Shown: positions 51,453 to 64,000 of the stretch, piece after piece | Numbering within the stretch: position 1 is the first letter of the stretch | Layout: every line of letters starts with the position of its first letter | Made by a program: the position numbers and the translations under genes | The notes under the pieces: generated by a model | Told to the model about the DNA's origin: nothing | The model's database searches: none | The model's input: only the letters and a program-made list of their open reading frames with translations | DNA from: Ruditapes philippinarum | Lineage: Eukaryota | Direction: 5' to 3' | DNA length: 64,000 nt | NCBI RefSeq assembly: GCF_026571515.1 | Contig: NW_026852143.1 | Coordinates: 1-64,000 of the forward strand

Positions 51453-54400
51453 CACGGACATTTTGAAGAAATCATTCTGGTTTTTGGAAAGTTTATTCTA
51501 GACTGTGTGATGTTAGTGACTAGGTGCTAATATTTTATATTGATATTAAAACTGAGTTAAAAGACATAGAGATTAACTGTGATTTACTATTTTGATACGG
51601 ATAATAACAGTAAAAGCAACAGTTTTATATTTTAGTTTAATATAGTCAGGCATGCCTTATAAATGTTATTACAAACGTGTTCCTTATATAATATTGTTGT
51701 CTTGTTTTCTGCTGGTATTTTGGAGATCAGTGTGGAATTACTCTGGTTCTTTTGTCACATGACCTGAGGTTCCTTGGTTCAGTGGTTCCAGTATTTAAGT
51801 TTCAGCCACTTGCCACTGATTCTAGACTTATTTTCACGAGCAAGGTACATGTTGATGATATATTTTTTGTAGGGAAAGTAGGGAAGCATTCCTTCATATA
51901 AGACAGCTTCAAATTTTGTTAAAGTCAGTTTTCCTATCAAATGTCTACTCATCCAAAAATATTTTGAATGGCCTTTAATCTTTCTCCCTTGATTAAAAAC
52001 AGATCTATAATTCCAGTATTAAGTTAGGGTCAATGTTTCAGATGCAATTGCTGATAACCCTTAAAATTTAAAGACTCAAACTAAAATAAAGGTTTAGTGG
52101 TGGCCTGGTTGTTGAAGTGTCTTGCTCTACTCCCAGATTCATGGGTTGGAGTCCTAGGGTGTCCATGACTACATGTGACACAGGACACTCGTACTGGTTA
52201 CACCTTTAGGAGGGAGTCAAGAATGATCTGAATATCCTACAAGCTTAAATGCTCTCATCACAAATTGAAAGTTTTTAAAGTAAATGAATAGGACATGTCA
52301 TTTAAAAAAAAAGAACAATAAGTATTTACAACACTCCAAACATGACCTGTTGAAAATACTTAACCATCTTTAAGCACTTAGTGTCATCAACATGTCACTG
52401 GGTCAATATATCTACTCTGTATTTATTAAAAACAACAATGCTTATTGAAATAAAGTTCATGGTATGATTAAAGTAAATATAAATATCTGGCTACATGTAC
52501 TATACAATATAAAGTGGATTGTTATTGCATGAAGATGTAATCAATTTCAGCCTCAGATAGTCGCTTGGATAATCTTCAAATGAACAGGGCGTAGCAGACA
52601 TGACCTAATACTGAATAAAATAATATTGTTGGTTGATTTAGGATTTAGATTGTTTGTGTCGTAGTCTAAAAGCTTACAGACTTGCTCTTTCGCCAACCAG
52701 TACTAAGAAATAAGTGAAGAAACAACATCTTGCATTGCCCTTGACGGTGTGAACCAACTCGGCCGGCAATTGTGAAATAACTACATGATTGTAATAGTAT
52801 TTTTAAGGTTGCTAACGCGTTAAACACTCGGCTACGCATTCAAAAATAATACTGTCATCTCACGTTTATACATGTACGTATGTTGCCTCGCCTTTGCGGT
52901 GCTCTTGTATTTTTAGCCTTTTTAAAGATGGGGATGTAAAATTGAATGCAGAGCTGAAGGGATTCGTTTCCATCTGACTGTGCCACAATGTAATAATAAT
53001 TGCTTTTCTTGGTTAAACATGCCCATATAGAACATGTAGAATAATGAGCAAGAAAATTTAGTGAGACGCCCACTGGTTTGAATGGACTGATCTGCACATG
53101 CGAAAAACAATGTAAAAAAAACAAATTTACAATATTATTATATTATATTTTGGCATGTTTTAATTTTATGTTACAATCCTTTTTATTTTTACTTTCATGC
53201 GCATCTGAGATAATCATTTTAGTAGAAAGTTAATACATCAGGGTCTTATAAATAGAATTTGAAATGCCCTGATTAACGTGTAAGTAACTGTTTTATTGTC
53301 AGCTAATCACAATTTCACATGATTAGAATGAATCAATATAATTATATCAATATCCATAGTAACGGCATCATTACAAGCAACTAGGTGAAAAGCTGAACAT
53401 TCTTCTATGGTATGTACAATTGTCTGGCTGACGGGATTTGGTGACCTGAATTGGTGCATTTAAGCTCTATTCCGAAACAAGTTAATTCTTGCAACTTATA
53501 TTAATCACTTTCGAGTCTGCTTCCTGGAACTAACGAGTAACTGTGTTGTATGAGGAATGATGTGACCCCAGTAGGGCTCGGACCTATGGTTCCTGGGTTG
53601 AGAGGCAGGCAACCACTAGGCCACCGAACCAATGATGATAGATACATAAAACTTAATCACGATCAAAATACACATTTAAAAGTTTCTCAATTGTATATTC
53701 GCATAGATATAAAAATCAAGGGAAAATTAAAGTGGCATTGAAATTCATGAAATTTTAGTGGTGAAAGGTAATTTACAAGATGAGATCGTGTATCTTAGAT
53801 ATGTTGTCCAAATATCCAAGCATTTGTACGTTATTTACATTTTTGTATATAAACCATTTTTAAAGTTAATATCAAAGCAAGATTCGTACGAATAGGATCA
53901 TTAGATTTTGATCCTGACAATTTCTTAGTAAATTTGGGACCTGCAGACATTTTCACAAAATGTTTCACTTACGGGTTTTGGAACACCTATCGTAAAGATA
54001 CCACAAGCTTTGCACTTAAGATTTTAAGATAAAAATTGTCGTACTATTTTTTGTGAAAGTATCTGCTGGTTTCCAGTGGCGGGTTACTCCATGGCGACTG
54101 TAAAAAAACAAGAACTTGTATTAAACCCTTTTCTATAGCTTCTGTAGATCATTCTAATATTGCAGACAATTAATTTAACATTCTTATTAAGCACTGTCAG
54201 TTAATTTTGTATTGTAAATTGTATTCTTCAGAATACTTTTTGTTACTATAATTATCTATAAAAGTGCTCGAGAAAAGTGCATCAATTACATAATTGACTA
54301 GTTTGTGTGATATTCTTTCAATTAATCATATCAGGACATTTCCGACATCATGCGAGCTCCTGATGACAAATTCACATTAATATAACTAGCTGATGATTAT

Positions 54401-55396
54401 CAAAAATCTATAGCAACGATCGCACTAAAACACAGCTAAGCAAATATATTAGCCGAGTATGCTAGTCAGTTAGATGGTATAATGTTTGTGAATCAATAAG
54501 TTGTTTCTGTAACAAATATTACGAAAACTGCACGCTACGTGCTTTTCTAGCGAGCTAGTAGCAAAATATCGCTCGGAAAACACGTGCTTTGTGGTCGGAG
54601 TCGAACCCGAGTACACGTTTTATCGTTTCCCTGATGTCATTTCAATTGATCTTCTGGGTCCCGTACACTTCCCGCTCCAGTATTGGATATCATCTACTAA
54701 TTCTCAACGGGATGCAGCAAAATAAGAGTTCACTCGGAGTTCTATAACGTATTATGCCAAGTATCGTGTGTTGAATTGCCCTGGTTTCTACTTGTAAGTT
54801 TCTGAAATAATTTACCCCTGGGTACTTGTGAAATACCCCCAGCAGTTAAAGTCGGGAGCGACTCCTGACCTATGATTGTCGCCCCCACTATAAATAAAGT
54901 CCTTTATATAATACATGTACTACATCATAAAACGTTCAAAACTGTTTACACAAACTGTAATATTAGAAAGTTAAATACATTTAAAATGTTAAAAAATAAC
55001 ATTAAAACCCAAAACAGTTCCATTTTATTTATTTACAATATTTACAAAGTACTTTTAGTAACGTTGCGTAATTTATGACACAAACAGACAGAATAAAGTA
55101 ACTGTTCCGTATACTTCGTTCGTTTCGTCAACATACTATCTAGTACATGTACCAATCATGTCTTCTGGTTACTAAAAACTTATTCAGTATATTTATTGTA
55201 AAATTTTGCTGCGTAAAAAATCCGCTCATAGTTACCACGGTGTTTGTTTTTGTTGATTGGATACATCGAGATATTTGTTATAGCACAAGAATCAGAACAT
55301 TGTCCGATCATTTACCACCAGTAAATCGGTGTTAATATGTAATGTATGACAAATTCTTGCATGTCTCAATTAAAATTAAAGATGTCCCCACACCTT

Positions 55397-55695
55397 TTAA
55401 GCTGCACGCCTCCATATATGAGCGTGAATATTTCTTGAGCAAAATGCGCCTAGTAAAAAGATTTCAGTAATAATTTACATATCATGTGCGATTAATTACT
55501 GATTCTGTAGTATATATCACCATATTTAAGCTATTTTTGCATGATGAGACCTCTTTTTTGTTATTTACGTGGTTTGAAAGTGGCATTTGCACTGTGTAAA
55601 TTACTTACTTTTTTTACTTAATATTATTTTATTTGTAAATACATTTCAAAATTTTCATTAAAAATTAGTATGAATCTGGGGACATGCTGCTTTAA
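55397..55695. mobile_element. Kolobok-like MITE, copy 3
   Basis: TTAAGCTGCACGCCTCCATAT ... ATCTGGGGACATGCTGCTTTAA; body homologous to 32075-32430. Confidence 0.72.
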
Positions 55696-58071
55696 CAAAT
55701 TTTAACTGCTAAAATACGCCTAGGCCTCCCTTCTCCCCTGCATGCATGGATTATAGGATTATACTTGACACTCGTTTATAGTTTAAAGTGTTTTGAGCAA
55801 ACATTAATGTAGTTTATGTCATCTGGTAATATATATTACCTTTTATATAACAAAAAGTCAAGAACATACTCGCCTTGTATCTATGATAAATTTCTTTTAA
55901 TACACAGTTCAATGGTAATTTTTTGTAACTGAATTTACGGTGAGACGATGTATGTATCGGTTATTCAAATGTTTGTCATTTTTTGCAGACAATTTTAGCT
56001 AGAGGTACTGTAAAACCTTGGTATGAACGACATCCTAGAACATTCGTTATAGAGGGAATTTTTAGAGGGGATTTAATCATACTAAGGTTTAAAAGTGCAT
56101 TTTTATTAGACAATACATGTATATAATAATATAGAGCAAATAACCTTGGCACATTGAGTAATATATCTTTTTACCACCGCAAGGACACAAGACAAAAGTT
56201 ATTGCACAAAAAACATATATTTATATTCAAACTGCCTCCGCAGACTATAAAACATACTCCACTTTGGTTTCTATGACATAACGGGGCTGGAAATATTGTT
56301 TCATTTGATGTAGGTCTGGACCCATAATTTATGATTTCAGATCATACATGTATCTGGACAGTTAACTCGGGGCCAAGAATCGTTTATTATCTTATTTTGA
56401 GAATATTTCTGTATATAATCCGTTGTATATCTTTCCATTTTAAGTGCCCCAAGATGATCTATGTAAGAAATAGTATGATACGTGCATCTATTTTCAAAAG
56501 TTTACCAGTTTGATTTAAGGAAAGGTTGTAAAGATGGCATTTTAACTGATCTACCCAATAAAATCTTAAATTTGCTGCGCATTTCTGCAGTTTATTATGG
56601 TGGCTTGCGCGTTGCGTAGTCGATAGCGGCAACACAACCTATACCCATCCTGTCGTCTTGTCGCTAGCGAAACGCGCCAAACGGCGTGTTGTCGCAATGT
56701 CGTCTTGTCGCTAGCGAAGCACGCCAAACGGCGCGTTGTCGCAACGTCGCCCTGTATGTCGTTTGGCATCGTTAGCGACAGGACGACAAGACGAAAGTCC
56801 GATAACGCGCCGTTTGACGCACAAAGGTGTTCCAAAACAGCCACCATAGTTTATTCATTTTTTCAAATTCAGTTTAGTTACAAGTACTCCATATACTACA
56901 ACGATAATCAAAAGGTAATATAGGCATTTTAAAAGATTTCTTTCGTTTCAGCGGAAAAAAGTACGATTTACGCTTTATGTCTCCCGCAGATTCATACGAA
57001 GAAGTTGTGCTACCCGAACATAAAGTATTGACTAAATCGTCGTCATCAGCAGTAGAAAAGTTGAGTTTGTAACCAGATCACAGACCATCCAACCCTGGGG
57101 ATGTGACAGGGGCGTAATATGTAGAAAAAAAAGGCAAAAAAATCAGTCCGATCAGGGACATATAGCTAGGGCAACATTAAGTGTAGGCACACAAATGCAG
57201 AAGGTTTAGCTTTACAGGCCAACTTTGAGGTCCATGACAGAGCCTTACTGGTGGGGATTCATAGCCTATGGAGCAAATATAAGGCCCCGATTGAAAATTC
57301 TACGGATATACTCAAGGGGGAAAACACATTTGAAAAAGGCCTGGCTAAATGACCCGCGCTGTGTATCCCATCTATTTTGCCGGCTCGCCACGGCGAGCCG
57401 GTATTACGGTAGGATTTTACTGAGAAACAACCTAAAACTCTGAAGCTATCCAAAAATTTAATCGAAGCTTGGCTTCCAGCTTTCTACAAAATTTATTTAT
57501 CAGGGCTAGGATCCAAAATTATTTAGCCAATCAAATTTAATCTTACATAGCGTCAAAAAACCTTCAATTTTCACGCCATTTTTAAAAATCAGCAAGTATT
57601 GTTTTGAGCGCAAAGATATAATGATGATTAAAATGTTTGTCTTTATGAATTCTTTTCAATAAATCATATTTACACTGACTTCTGATTTAGCGATTTCACC
57701 TGTTTTCTCTGCAGTAAGTTTTCGTTTGGTTAATTAACATAAGTGTACATCTGGTTCTGTGCATTTTTTATTTTTCCTTTTTTCCGGTCATTTTATCCTT
57801 TCCGGTATTTAGTGTATGTATTTACTGGCCGGGATCCGGGACGCCCGGGATCCGGGATCGTATAAGATATGGAGGAAAAACCTAATGAACTATATTTGTG
57901 TTGATTGTTGTCGTAATGAAAGGCCATTAAACGTTAATTTTTTATTGTATATAATGAACGTTAAATTAATTTAACTTATAATATAGATATATTTAGAGCT
58001 ATTTATTAACAAACTTAAAATGCGGAAATCACAATACTTATAATTATATGCCTAATTAATTGGAAAAATCA

Positions 58072-58348
58072 AAGACTATTTTCTTGAATTGGTCAAATCC
58101 CGGGATCCCTATATGTTTTAAAACGATCCCAGCTTTTCTGAAAACTATATACTTGAACTGGCCAATCCGTGAGATCTATTTACATTTTAATACGATCCCG
58201 GCTTTTCTGAAAACTATATTCTTGAACTGGTCTATTCCCGGGATCCCTATATGTTTTAATAGGATCCCGGCTTATCTGAAAAACATCTTCTTAGACTGGT
58301 CAATTTCCGGGATCCCTATATTTTTTAATAGGATCCCGGCTTTTCTGG
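58072..58348 (+). repeat. 69-bp tandem repeat, 4 units
   Basis: The CTAT.T.CTTGAA.TGG...CGGGATCCCTATATGTTTTAA..GATCCCGGCTTTTCTG unit starts at 58076, 58145, 58214 and 58283. Confidence 0.9.
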
Positions 58349-59427
58349 CTGAATTGATTGACAACTTGTGTTTACTTTAGGACTTGTGCCTCTCATTCCA
58401 ATACTACATAACATACATGTATTACAACTTAATTTTGTATAAAGAGACATCTTTATGAAATCTACCTATCTAACATTTAATGGTCAAGGTCAACAGGCCA
58501 TATAGTAAATGTGCATAGACATAGGTTCTTCATTCAATCTGTTTACATGCACCTTCATATATACTTATACTCATCTTGGTTAAACTGAGAGAACTTTATA
58601 TGTCACTTTCAGTCAATGAGTTTAAGATTTTGAATTTACTGGCCCGAATTCGAGTTTTGAATTTATTCTACTAAATAATTAACAAAATTTTCTTAAATTT
58701 ACACTGGCCTGAACTTATATACACTGGCCATCGGGCACCGGGCCAGTGTTGACTTCACTTTTATTTTGATGTTCGCTGAAGTCTCTTCAGCTAACAGAAC
58801 TGTCATTTTTACATTTAAACACACCCCTTGAAAAAAATTACGAAGCGAGTCGCTACTAGCTTTTTTAAAAGCTAACCTTGTGAGATCATTACATTGATCC
58901 GGCAGTGCGAGTAAAAACTCCGCTCATTTCCCTGCTATCCATGACATTTGCCCGGGAATGGCGACAGTGTTGCAATTGTCTGAATTATTACACTGCAAGA
59001 TATTAAGGAACCCGTGCATGCCTTATCCACACAAGAAAGCAAACGCAACCACACTTTAACATAGTCAAATTTAAACTTCTTCGGGGTTTTACTGTACAAA
59101 GATAATATGAAGACAATTATTGTTGTTGTTAATTGAGTACAATTCCTTTGATGTATATGTTATTCATTAATATTTAATTTACCATTTAACCACCATTTTA
59201 TTGGGTGTCTACGTGAAACAATGACCCGCTTAATAATTCATAAACAACTGGTCGCCGTTGCTCAGATATTTAAATATCAACGGTACGCTCCTTTGTTTAG
59301 CGCACACATACAGGAAAACTATGGTAACGTCGCTTCGCACTGTTAACTGCATGGTTCTCGCGTGTATTGAGGGACAGATATGTGAGTAGATGAAATAACC
59401 GGAGACCAGGCGTTTATGAAAAGGATG

Positions 59428-59463
59428 CAGCCAATGGGCGAAGGGATACAGATAATTTATATT
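59428..59463 (+). promoter_or_regulatory. Putative beta-tubulin core promoter (CCAAT box and TATA-like element)
   Basis: CAGCCAATGG at 59428 and TTTATATT at ~59456, in a CpG-richer stretch ~100-130 bp upstream of the ATG. Confidence 0.4.
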
Positions 59464-59556
59464 CAAGTGAGTCGGCATTACTCATCGTAACGGCTGGGGT
59501 CTTTCGACAAGGATTTGAAAAAGAGAGAAGACGTGTGTGCGTTATAAACTACAAAA

Positions 59557-59613
59557 ATGAGAGAAATTGTACATCTTCAGGCCGGACAGTGCGGAAATCA
59601 AATTGGGGCAAAG
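59557..59613 (+). CDS. TUBB: Beta-tubulin, coding exon 1 (MREIVHLQAGQCGNQIGAK)
   Basis: Canonical beta-tubulin N-terminus with the MREI autoregulation motif. GTAAAT donor after codon 19, a conserved intron position. Confidence 0.97.
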
Positions 59614-61529
59614 GTAAATTGGTTTATCATTCATGTAGATTTTCGATATTTCGTTTTCATGTCGTTAAACTAGAACAAAAATGGTGATTTAAACTGATGA
59701 AATATGTATTGTGTACAGGCATGTGAAAGGCGTGGTGCCCGCCATTTGTTGCGGCGGTTAGTATACAAAGATTCAAAGCTGGTACCTTGTTTTCAAATTT
59801 AAAATCCAGGTGATACCGGTTTATTAAAAAAAAGGCTGGTTTTTTACCAAAAATTTTAGTAAGCGGACGTGACAATATAGTTTTCTTTGATTATATGCCC
59901 GTTTGCCGTCTGTAACACGCATTTACTAAGTTATTGGCAGATGTTTGTATTGGCGGGAATCGATCTCTAATCAGAATTCCTTTGCCAGAGCGGGATCAAT
60001 GATTTGACTGGGGAAGACGAGAATTTTTCTGACATGGCGGAAAATCGCACTTAAAGCAGTTTGAAAATGATTGCATAGCTTAAGACAGGGTTGTATGGGA
60101 AATTTAATACCATTGATCGTCACACCTGGATGGCATTTTGTTAAAGTCGAAAATTTAATATTTCATTATTTTTTTTCCACTAATTCTTAAATAGTTGAAC
60201 GTTTACTTATATCACTATTAAAGGTAGACTTTCTGTTATTTTAAAATTCAACTATTTTAAGCATACACATCTTTATTTTAAAGTTAAAGAATGAGGCTAC
60301 ATTATCTAGGATAAATTTGAATGACCCAGCCATTATCAGTCTGCTCTAAAGGTGGTAGTCACATTGATTTGACCTAAATATATTTAAGCTGGTTATTCAT
60401 TATTCATGCTTTATAATATCCATACATTAGACAAATTTAATTAAAAAAGAGAAGAAAAAAATCAGATTTTTTTGTAATAATTGCCTGCCTTAATTATGTA
60501 TACCTTATTTTTAAATCACAGGTTATTTAAAGTGAAAATGTTAATGCATTTAATGTTACAACAGAAGACTATATTGTTTAGCATATGATATGCTGTAATT
60601 ATTTTAAGGAAAACTCTTGGAAGAAACTATATCTTCCACTTCAACTTGTGTTTAGGTTATTTCTTATAGATCTACATGAAGAATAGCCTTAAATTCAGGA
60701 AGTAAATGTCAAATGTATTACTACTATTTAGATAACAAGCAAGTTATAAGGTAAATTAAAAAGAAGATAAATATTGTTTTTTATGAGGAAAGCTCAATAT
60801 ATTTGACATTATTTCGAAGATTTTTTTGTATTTTTATCGGCAGTAATTCTGTTCAAGTTGTCACTTGGTCTACTGCTGATTAATAAAGGGTAGGTAACTC
60901 AGTTCAGCACAACTTTACATTGTGATAGATCCTAAATATTTCAATGGTTATCCCCCTTTGGCAAAATAGGCAGTCCCTTCAATTTAAAGGATTGTTTACA
61001 AAAACAGCAAAAGGTTTCAGGCAAACTTGCTTTGACTTCTTTCATGTTCAATGCTTTTGATATACAGGATTGATTTATATCTTATTCCCTAGCTATTTTC
61101 CAGGGGGGTGGAAACCCAAAGTCTCACATTAGAAATGCCAGTTCTTATTTATGGTATTAACCATTCACTGTGTGTTACAAAATATAAAAAGTTGATTGTA
61201 AAGTTGTTTTGGCTCAAATCAGTAAAAGTTACCCACATCTGTTTTTAGTTCAGGAGTTTTTTAGCCATTTGAAACATAGCAAAAAGAATCAGAAAGTTTC
61301 CAATTGGAAAATATTTAATGTAAATTACACAGGTATCAAGAAGACATTTTACTTGCTCCCTAAGGATGCTAACTCAGACATGATAATCTTATGTTGTGTA
61401 AAATTTGCAGAATGTTTCTTCAAACTATACATTACAATGTCTGTTCACACTTATAACTAAGAAAGAACACTGTTCTAAGTTACATGTCATTAACTTTCAT
61501 TGAAATTAAGTGTGAAATCTTATATATGA

Positions 61530-61880
61530 CAGTAGCGTAGCTACTATTAGGCCATGTAGGCACAGGCCTACAAGTTGGTCAAGAAATTGACTTTTTTAGA
61601 AGTCCCAAAAATACAATAAAAACATGCGAGGGTAGGGTTGGTAGTGTGTTCAAGCCATTTAGTATAATCAAGTGTGTGTGCATGATTTACCATCCTCCGT
61701 ATATTAGCATGAAATCTAATTCATAGTTTAAAATCATTGATTTGATAATTTGCCTTGAACATACTTTTGAACCTGCATTTTGCTCTTTTAAGTCTGAACT
61801 TGTTTTTTGGCTTCTGGGGGCTAAGCCCCCTGACCCCCTTTTATGTGCCTACAAGTTGAAAAAAGCTTGCTACGCCCCTG
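61530..61880. mobile_element. hAT-like MITE in tubulin intron 1
   Basis: CAGTAGCGTAGCTA ... TTGCTACGCCCCTG termini; internal TGTAGGCACA / TGTGCCTACA inverted repeat. Confidence 0.6.
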
Positions 61881-62999
61881 TATGAGCAAGTAAAGTTAAG
61901 CTAGTTAGACAAATGAAAAATTTCTGTCCATCTTTCGTGGGCAAGTGGAAAAAATCTACATGTGACTGTTCAGAGTTGTCGGTTTAAAGTAAATTACATG
62001 CCTATGTGTAGATTAGTTACTTTATCTATTATTTCCTTGTTTATTGCAACAGCTATAATAGGAAGTACATGGCAAGTGTTCTATAATATATACATCATGT
62101 TAGTTTTTTTGTGTACCCGTTTCCCCTTTAAAACCCGTGGTTTACGACAAAGGGAATTTTCGGGTTTTTTGAAATTAAATGTTTTTTAAATTCATGAACC
62201 CTGGGAAATTTCCCGTATACAGTAAGGAGGATCACCCTGGTGATGGGAGTAGAAAGTTTTCATTGTGTAATTTTTTATTTCATTTACAACCCGTTAAATT
62301 TGGGCCCTTGTTTTAACCCCATGGGAAATTTTTTTTCTTAACCCAAAAAACCCAAACCCCCTGTTTTTTCAAAAATTACGTTTTGGCCTTTTGGCCCATA
62401 ATTTGTTTTTCAAAATTGGCCATTTTTTTGATTTATTTAAAACTTGTGTCATTAAATTTTTTATTTAAAAACCCCTTTTATAATTTTTTTATTTTTTTAA
62501 AAACCCAAGTATTTAAAAACGATACCCCTTTAAAAAAAATACAGATAGAAAACAAAACATTTAGAGAAAAAATTTACAGTATGTGGGGAATAAGTGTAGT
62601 TCCCCTGGTCATGCACTTGTATCTAAGGGAAAAAAACATACATCATGTCTTATATACTTTGTAAGATCCCCAAAGCATTAGCAATTTTGGGAAGGGGGTT
62701 CCCAAGTTTTAAAAATTTCCCAAATTTAAAAATTGTTTTTCAATGGGAACTAAAGAAATATAAATTTTTTATCAGGGTCAGTCAAGGGAGGAAAAATCCC
62801 AAATTTTTTGTTTAACCATCCTTGTGTTTATTTGCCCCAAAAATAAATTTTTTTGGGGGGGCACCCATTTCCCTTTATTGGTTTTATCATAGTTTTTTTT
62901 TTAGTTTACCAGTCTTTCAGCTGTTTTTGGCAGGGTTTTTTAAAAAGATTTAAAAAAGCACCCTTTTTAGCTGACTTTAGTTTCCCGCCATTTATTTAA

Positions 63000-63137
<138 letters not shown>

Positions 63138-63205
63138 TAGGCACGCTTCAGAATGTTGTAACCATTGTGCATTAACCTTGTTTTATTTATCCATTATTTT
63201 AATAG

Positions 63206-63316
<111 letters not shown>

Positions 63317-64000
63317 TAGTCAGTTTATTTAGTTTCGCATTTTATTTTTTGCTAACGCTTGTTTATTCCCCGTGCTTCTACACGAGATCCTTCTATTCCT
63401 GGATTAATTATAACCAGGAACTTCTGAAAATTGTTTGGAAACGTTTCAATTTATCATTCAAACTAATATTCTTCTTTTTTCCTCCATTGCTGATAAAGGC
63501 ATATCAAACATACTTTTATATCTGTTCCTATACTGAATTAACTAGACAAATTCTGTTTTGTAACATTTCTTTCTGTTAAATTCCTCTATCTGATCTTAGA
63601 ATTGATTTTCTCATAGACTTCTGGTTCCTTAGATCATCCTTAGACTTATGCATGCATAATTTTTAATTCAGTAATATAATAAATCCAGATCTGCTTGAAT
63701 ACTCCATACCTCTGCATGATATATTATTTAATTTTACATCTAATTTTTTTGGAAGAAATTAAATTTCAGACTTTTTGTCTGGCTTAATTATGTATTTGGA
63801 CTTTGTCCTGCTTTTGTATTATGGCAGTTTCTGCGCAGTTTTGGGTCTAGATATCAAAGTGTGAAAAGGCAGCAGAAGGGGGAAAAAAGATCTGAAAGGG
63901 GTGATGTTTTCTGATTGATTTGAACTTCTTTAAAAAAAAGTTTTAAATTTTTGCATGTATTTTTTATAATCGATTTGGCATGCTACCCAAAGAAAAATTC

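Noticed and set aside
52480-55370. Possible minus-strand gene or pseudogene downstream of NEIL3 (ORFs 52855-53124, 52922-53110)
   Set aside because: I could not build a phase-consistent exon chain or recognise a domain, and the frames contain stops.
58060-58380. 106-aa ORF with a 23-aa repeat (KTIFLNWS.PGIPICF..IPAFL)
   Set aside because: It is the translation of a 69-bp tandem repeat, has no ATG start and shows no gene context.

Overview
AT-rich, intron-containing animal DNA, most likely from a bivalve mollusc (inferred from the repeat families and the expanded Mieap-like genes). From left to right: (1) a minus-strand tandem array of three Mieap(SPATA18)-C-terminal-domain coiled-coil genes. 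Copy A runs off the left edge, B spans 10028-4871 and C spans 23926-15983; A and B carry an in-frame exon-fusing deletion and a shared mariner relic. (2) A minus-strand pair of two-exon helical-repeat genes, one with an N-terminal CARD-like death fold (35443-33429) and one without it (31651-30169), with a 143-N gap between them. (3) A degraded LINE. (4) A complete 8-exon NEIL3 gene (39176-51452) whose introns hold nested transposons and a Helentron-type element with a ~166-bp tandem array. (5) The 5' part of a beta-tubulin gene. The most striking feature is that beta-tubulin exon 2 is present twice, 73 nt apart. Both copies have intact splice sites and differ at 12 synonymous codons but only one amino acid (Cys52 vs Asn52), which is the signature of mutually exclusive exons. 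Two stretches look like unpolished long-read sequence. All exon models were derived by hand, without alignment or database searches.
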